A stretch of 64,000 nucleotides of DNA from IMG/VR virus record IMGVR_UViG_3300009703_004110, positions 186,001 to 250,000 of that record, one strand, 5' to 3'. The notes below the pieces were generated by a model. The model saw nothing but the letters and a program-made list of their open reading frames with translations, did no database searches and was not told the DNA's origin. Below, in pieces: positions 60,225 through 64,000 of this stretch. The translations under genes and the position numbers were made by a program. Position 1 is the first letter of the stretch; the number at the start of each line of letters is the position of its first letter.

Positions 60225-61250
60225 CTACGGTCTCTTTCCACTTGCCAATACTATTTGAGAAATATGCTCTAACCTCTCAATATGTTCAAATGCCTCCCAT
60301 GGATTTGCACCTATGGAAGTAACTCCATGACCCTTTAGAATCACTATGTCCGAATTTCCTTTGGATATATTTTCAAAAGTAATTTCTGCCAAACTTCTTT
60401 CTCCGGGAAAAATTTTTGGAACAGAATCTCCTACTTTGGTATACCTACTAAGCTCTGGAAAGTTTTTACATATATCTACTATATTTTCATCAGCTTCTAA
60501 CGCTCCTACAGAATTGGGCGGATGCAAATGAACAACAGATACATTTCCATATTTTTTTAAAATCAGCCAATGCATATGAAACTCTATACTTGGTTTTTTA
60601 TTTTCTAAAACAGGTATGTTATTAACGATGTTAATAATATCTATATCTTCAAATGTTAATTTTGATTTATTCACACCACTCCTTGTAATATAAACCTTAT
60701 TATCACGACGTATAGAAATATTACCGTCTCGTGAGGTTATCCATCCCCTTTTGTAAGCTTCCTTCATACAATCTACTATATCGCGCCTGGGTTTTTCTCC
60801 AGATAGATAATCTATTGCTTTTTTTAAATAAATCGGACTATCTTTAAAATGCCCTAAACCAACATTACAAGACCTACATAAAATGCCGCGAACCTTACCA
60901 GTATCATGACAATGATCTATTTGTTTATTAAGAACTTCTATTCCACAAATATCACAATTTATTTTAAGCTGAAGAAATTTATATTCTTCTATAGATAACT
61001 TATATTTTAGCGCCATCTGTGCTTTATCATAACATTTTCTATTGCAATAAGCTTTATTATGTGTTTTAGTATAAAAAGAATCTTTGCAAAAAGGACATAT
61101 GCGATCAAACTTAAGTAACTTGTTCTTCCTTCTGTTTCTATTTCCCGCTTTATTTCGGCATTTTGCTGAGCAATACTTTTGCTGGTGCCTATTCGATGAA
61201 AATGTATTTTGACATTCGTTGCATAATTTATTACAAATAGAAGTTATCAT
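60225..61250 (-). CDS. endonuclease VII-type domain fused to class II aldolase/adducin domain
   Basis: N: CDICG..IDHCHDTGKVRGILCRSCN; C: GWITSRDGNIS, PSIEFHMH, VVHLHP, KGHGVTSIG. Confidence 0.85.
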   Translation of the reverse strand: MITSICNKLCNECQNTFSSNRHQQKYCSAKCRNKAGNRNRRKNKLLKFDRICPFCKDSFYTKTHNKAYCNRKCYDKAQMALKYKLSIEEYKFLQLKINCDICGIEVLNKQIDHCHDTGKVRGILCRSCNVGLGHFKDSPIYLKKAIDYLSGEKPRRDIVDCMKEAYKRGWITSRDGNISIRRDNKVYITRSGVNKSKLTFEDIDIINIVNNIPVLENKKPSIEFHMHWLILKKYGNVSVVHLHPPNSVGALEADENIVDICKNFPELSRYTKVGDSVPKIFPGERSLAEITFENISKGNSDIVILKGHGVTSIGANPWEAFEHIERLEHISQIVLASGKRP

Positions 61251-61262
61251 TTCTTCTCCGAG

Positions 61263-61493
61263 TTATATATTGAATAACTCTACTAATGCTCTGTGGAGCT
61301 GATCTATAAAGCCAGGAATGACAACGTCTTCTGAGTTTTTATCAGAACGTTTTCTAAGCCTTACTAACTCGTGGTCTGTAATTAATAGAGTCTCAAATTC
61401 TCCTTCTTCATTTAATATAAGAAGCCTATTGTATGTTGCCGCCTGGACTCCGGTTCCGCTAACATTTTCTTCTGAATGTAACTGTCCTAACAT
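61263..61493 (-). CDS. hypothetical protein
   Basis: 76 aa. Confidence 0.6.
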   Translation of the reverse strand: MLGQLHSEENVSGTGVQAATYNRLLILNEEGEFETLLITDHELVRLRKRSDKNSEDVVIPGFIDQLHRALVELFNI

Positions 61494-61500
61494 TTTAACC

Positions 61501-62172
61501 TCATTTTATGGACGCAACCTTACCCTTCGCTTTTTTAAGTGTAGCGTTACTACCATGTACTTCAAACATAACTGTTTTACTTCTGGTTTTATCGTCAACT
61601 CTGCATAAAGTACAGGTATTGCAGGTAATGTCCTTCTTACCCGGTACGCCATGACGAGCAGGACAATTATACGCCGCTTCACCGTTCGGAAGCTTAACCT
61701 TTTTGGGTATTCCCTTGGGTACAATTAAGGTGGTTGCCCAGCCCATTTCTCTGGCTTCTAAAACTTCTTCAACAGTTTGGCAGGAGGCTCTGAAATATTG
61801 TTTCATAGGCTGGGCCTCTGGATTTCTCCAATGGTGTGTATAGCCGATATTAATAAGTCCAGACTTTTCGACCTCGTAGCACTCTTCTAAGGTGCCTGGG
61901 ACGTCTCCGACGATATCTCCAGCAACTCTATGTCTAGCAATCTTTGCAGTAGACTTTACCTTCTTCAGGGCCTCTCTTAGGGTGCGCGGAGTCAAACGTC
62001 CGTCTGATATCTTTGCTCCAAGAGATTTTAAATAGAAAAGCCCCCAGGCATAGCACCCTCCATTTTTGAGAGAGCATGAGTCTGGACATGTTTCGATTGG
62101 TGAGTAAGAAGCGATTATCTCGCCTGTCTTCTTATCTTTGGATGCAGACACCCAATGTACTTTTCTAGTCAT
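61501..62172 (-). CDS. Cys-rich phage protein (GP88/DUF7227-like)
   Basis: KTG...TCPDSC...GCYA, RHRVAGD, GYTH, CPA...CNTCTLC. Confidence 0.55.
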   Translation of the reverse strand: MTRKVHWVSASKDKKTGEIIASYSPIETCPDSCSLKNGGCYAWGLFYLKSLGAKISDGRLTPRTLREALKKVKSTAKIARHRVAGDIVGDVPGTLEECYEVEKSGLINIGYTHHWRNPEAQPMKQYFRASCQTVEEVLEAREMGWATTLIVPKGIPKKVKLPNGEAAYNCPARHGVPGKKDITCNTCTLCRVDDKTRSKTVMFEVHGSNATLKKAKGKVASIK

Positions 62173-62435
62173 TATTTCCTTCGGCCTCATAAAGCTCCCT
62201 TGCTATCTCATCAGCTTCTGCAACATTTTTGGCATATGATAAATCACCATATCCACTTACTGAATATCCAATAAGTTGTGCAAGCTGAGAACGCTCTTCA
62301 TCTGTAAATGGCATTAATGCCAGCATGTTCATATCGAATGGCCCCCGCATCTAATAGAAGACTAATTATTTTATTTTCTTTAAATCGAATAACATCATCT
62401 TTGGCTATGTGTATCGGCTGTAATGGAAAATCCAT
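62165..62435 (-). pseudogene. small phage protein with a +1 frameshift in a G5 run
   Basis: MDFPLQPIH...RFKENKIISLLLDAG in one frame, PFDMNMLALMPFTDEERSQLAQLIGYSVSG in the next; 271 nt total. Confidence 0.6.
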
Positions 62436-62436
62436 T

Positions 62437-62787
62437 TTACTCCTTCATAATATAGCAACGCCCATCGTCTCTGAGAAAGACAAGGGACGCATCGTAAACA
62501 TTAGAACCATCGGACTTAGAGAACTGCGACATGAGATAAGGATTGTATTTAACTATCTTACTTACGCTGTAAGAGTCAGCGTCCCCATACCGATAAATGG
62601 TACCGCGGACAAAAGCGTGTACATTCTTTTTCTTCTCCTGCAAAACTCTTGCTCGGCCAGCTGGCTGAACAATAAATGCAACCCCCTCAACCATTAAACT
62701 TTTGGCGTGCTTTGCAATTCTGCCAGTCTTTCTATTTCGTACAGACCAGCACTTTTTATGAAGATTCCAATATACGTCAACATTCAT
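62437..62787 (-). CDS. conserved phage hypothetical protein
   Basis: VDVYWNLHKKCWSVR...GRARVLQEKKKNVHAFVRG; start re-called at MNVDV (ATGA overlap). Confidence 0.7.
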   Translation of the reverse strand: MNVDVYWNLHKKCWSVRNRKTGRIAKHAKSLMVEGVAFIVQPAGRARVLQEKKKNVHAFVRGTIYRYGDADSYSVSKIVKYNPYLMSQFSKSDGSNVYDASLVFLRDDGRCYIMKE

Positions 62788-63110
62788 TCGTCGAGACCGT
62801 CTTCTTCCTGTGAAATTTCCCAAAGAAGATCTTCTGCATTATTAAGCGGATTAATGCCGCTTACGTGCGATCCCATGATCTCAGCAAACTTCTTTATAAA
62901 ATCCTGGTCATCACTCATGACTGTAATGTTTTTATCTGTTAAGGCTGTTCTTGGTTGCGAGTGCTTACCAAGAGCTTCGTAAAAAAGAATCTCTTTCTTG
63001 CTTTTTATTAAGATTTGAATATTATTCCAATCTTCTTCATCTGTAACAAACAATCCTTCTAGCGTTCCTTGTCGTCCATAATATTCATCAAACTTAACCA
63101 ATCTTAACAT
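62784..63110 (-). CDS. hypothetical protein
   Basis: YYGRQGTLEGLFV...YEALGKHS; GGAG SD. Confidence 0.7.
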   Translation of the reverse strand: MLRLVKFDEYYGRQGTLEGLFVTDEEDWNNIQILIKSKKEILFYEALGKHSQPRTALTDKNITVMSDDQDFIKKFAEIMGSHVSGINPLNNAEDLLWEISQEEDGLDE

Positions 63111-63160
63111 TTATATCTCCAACTAATTCAACTGCATGTAAGGGTTTTGCCGCCAAAGGT

Positions 63161-63436
63161 TCAGGTCATTTCGTTTAAGTGGTATACCAATTTAAGCCTA
63201 AGTGAATTGGGCAAGTAAGGCTCTACGTTTTCATAAGGTCCAACGTAGCGCCGCCCCTTCGCGTCTAAATTATCACCAATATATTCTTGAACACTCCAAA
63301 TTGGTCTATACCGAAGATCAGTATGCAGAGGGCAAAATACTTGTATGTGTATCCCATAGTAACGAAAACTATAAACCCCGCTGGCCATATGATCTTCCTT
63401 AAAGCCATACTTTAATAATGTATCTTCAAGCGTCAT
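63161..63436 (-). CDS. hypothetical protein, paralog of the C-terminal half of the upstream ORF
   Basis: start re-called at MTLEDTLL (ATGA overlap). Confidence 0.65.
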   Translation of the reverse strand: MTLEDTLLKYGFKEDHMASGVYSFRYYGIHIQVFCPLHTDLRYRPIWSVQEYIGDNLDAKGRRYVGPYENVEPYLPNSLRLKLVYHLNEMT

Positions 63437-63999
63437 AACAAGTCCAGAAAGTATACCATTTCCTCTGTAATATTTGCCGGCAGGTGCGGCTCTATATCGT
63501 AATAGGTTTGGCCGAAATAACATACCGATCTAGGAGTGCTAAGCATCCAGCTCGTCTTTATAGATTCTCGTAATATATCTATTCGAACAAGGCTCCCGTC
63601 AGATAGTGGCGCTATCCAACTAGAACCAGAGCCGTTATATGATTGAAAGCCTATCTTTTTTAAAACCCTTAAGAAAATAACTATAGCTACCGGCTCTACC
63701 ATAAGCTGCACACCTAATAGCTTCTTAGGCAGCGAACCTGCTTGAATAATCTTGCTAAAACCAACCTCTGCAGTTTTTGAAATACCGGCGTCTCTCGGAT
63801 GAACGCCCAAAACTCTTTCCATGTAATCACACATCACATAAAAATGTCTTGCTTCATCATGGACCTGAGAAGTTGCCGCCATTTTGGCATCAAAGTCATC
63901 TAACTCAAAAGCTAAACTTCCAGAGGTCTGCCACGCAGCAAACTCTCCCCATAAAATGAGAGATAAAACTTTTGCTAAAGCTATTTTAACTTCCGGCTC
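63433..63999 (-). CDS. ferritin-like (diiron) N-terminal part fused to an unrelated small-protein domain; runs off right edge
   Basis: frame open to the edge: ...LWGEFAAW...KMAATSQVHDEARHFYVM...QLMVEP; second ExxH absent. Confidence 0.55.
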   Translation of the reverse strand, partial: EPEVKIALAKVLSLILWGEFAAWQTSGSLAFELDDFDAKMAATSQVHDEARHFYVMCDYMERVLGVHPRDAGISKTAEVGFSKIIQAGSLPKKLLGVQLMVEPVAIVIFLRVLKKIGFQSYNGSGSSWIAPLSDGSLVRIDILRESIKTSWMLSTPRSVCYFGQTYYDIEPHLPANITEEMVYFLDLL

Positions 64000-64000
64000 T

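Overview
Gene-dense, fairly AT-rich window (roughly 38-40% GC by eye) with all but one credible gene on the minus strand. The content fits a large (jumbo/huge) tailed-phage genome or similar giant mobile element. No capsid or terminase gene lies in this window, so that identity is inferred. It carries a replication/recombination set (DnaE, RecA, gp32-like SSB, RuvC-like resolvase, SbcCD, PD-(D/E)XK nuclease, stand-alone primase Zn finger, FtsK, HU) and a sigma-70-family factor. It also has two divergent GroELs, Hsp20, KhpA, metabolic genes (thyX, purA, guaB/guaC-like, pyrB, glmS), a MoxR-like AAA/VWA pair and many hypothetical proteins. Two genes are interrupted. thyX carries a 777-nt group I intron with an HNH endonuclease in the P1 loop. 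purA has its P-loop codons split by a 29-nt, frame-breaking, stop-containing insert folded into a C(UUCG)G hairpin, which closely resembles the T4 gene 60 ribosome-bypass signal and is the best candidate for new biology here. Other leads are a structured non-coding stretch (49.44-49.68 kb), an endonuclease VII-aldolase fusion, a 2052-aa orphan, short motifs shared between unrelated proteins, and candidate phage promoter/operator motifs. All annotations are by eye; no database searches or folding programs were run.
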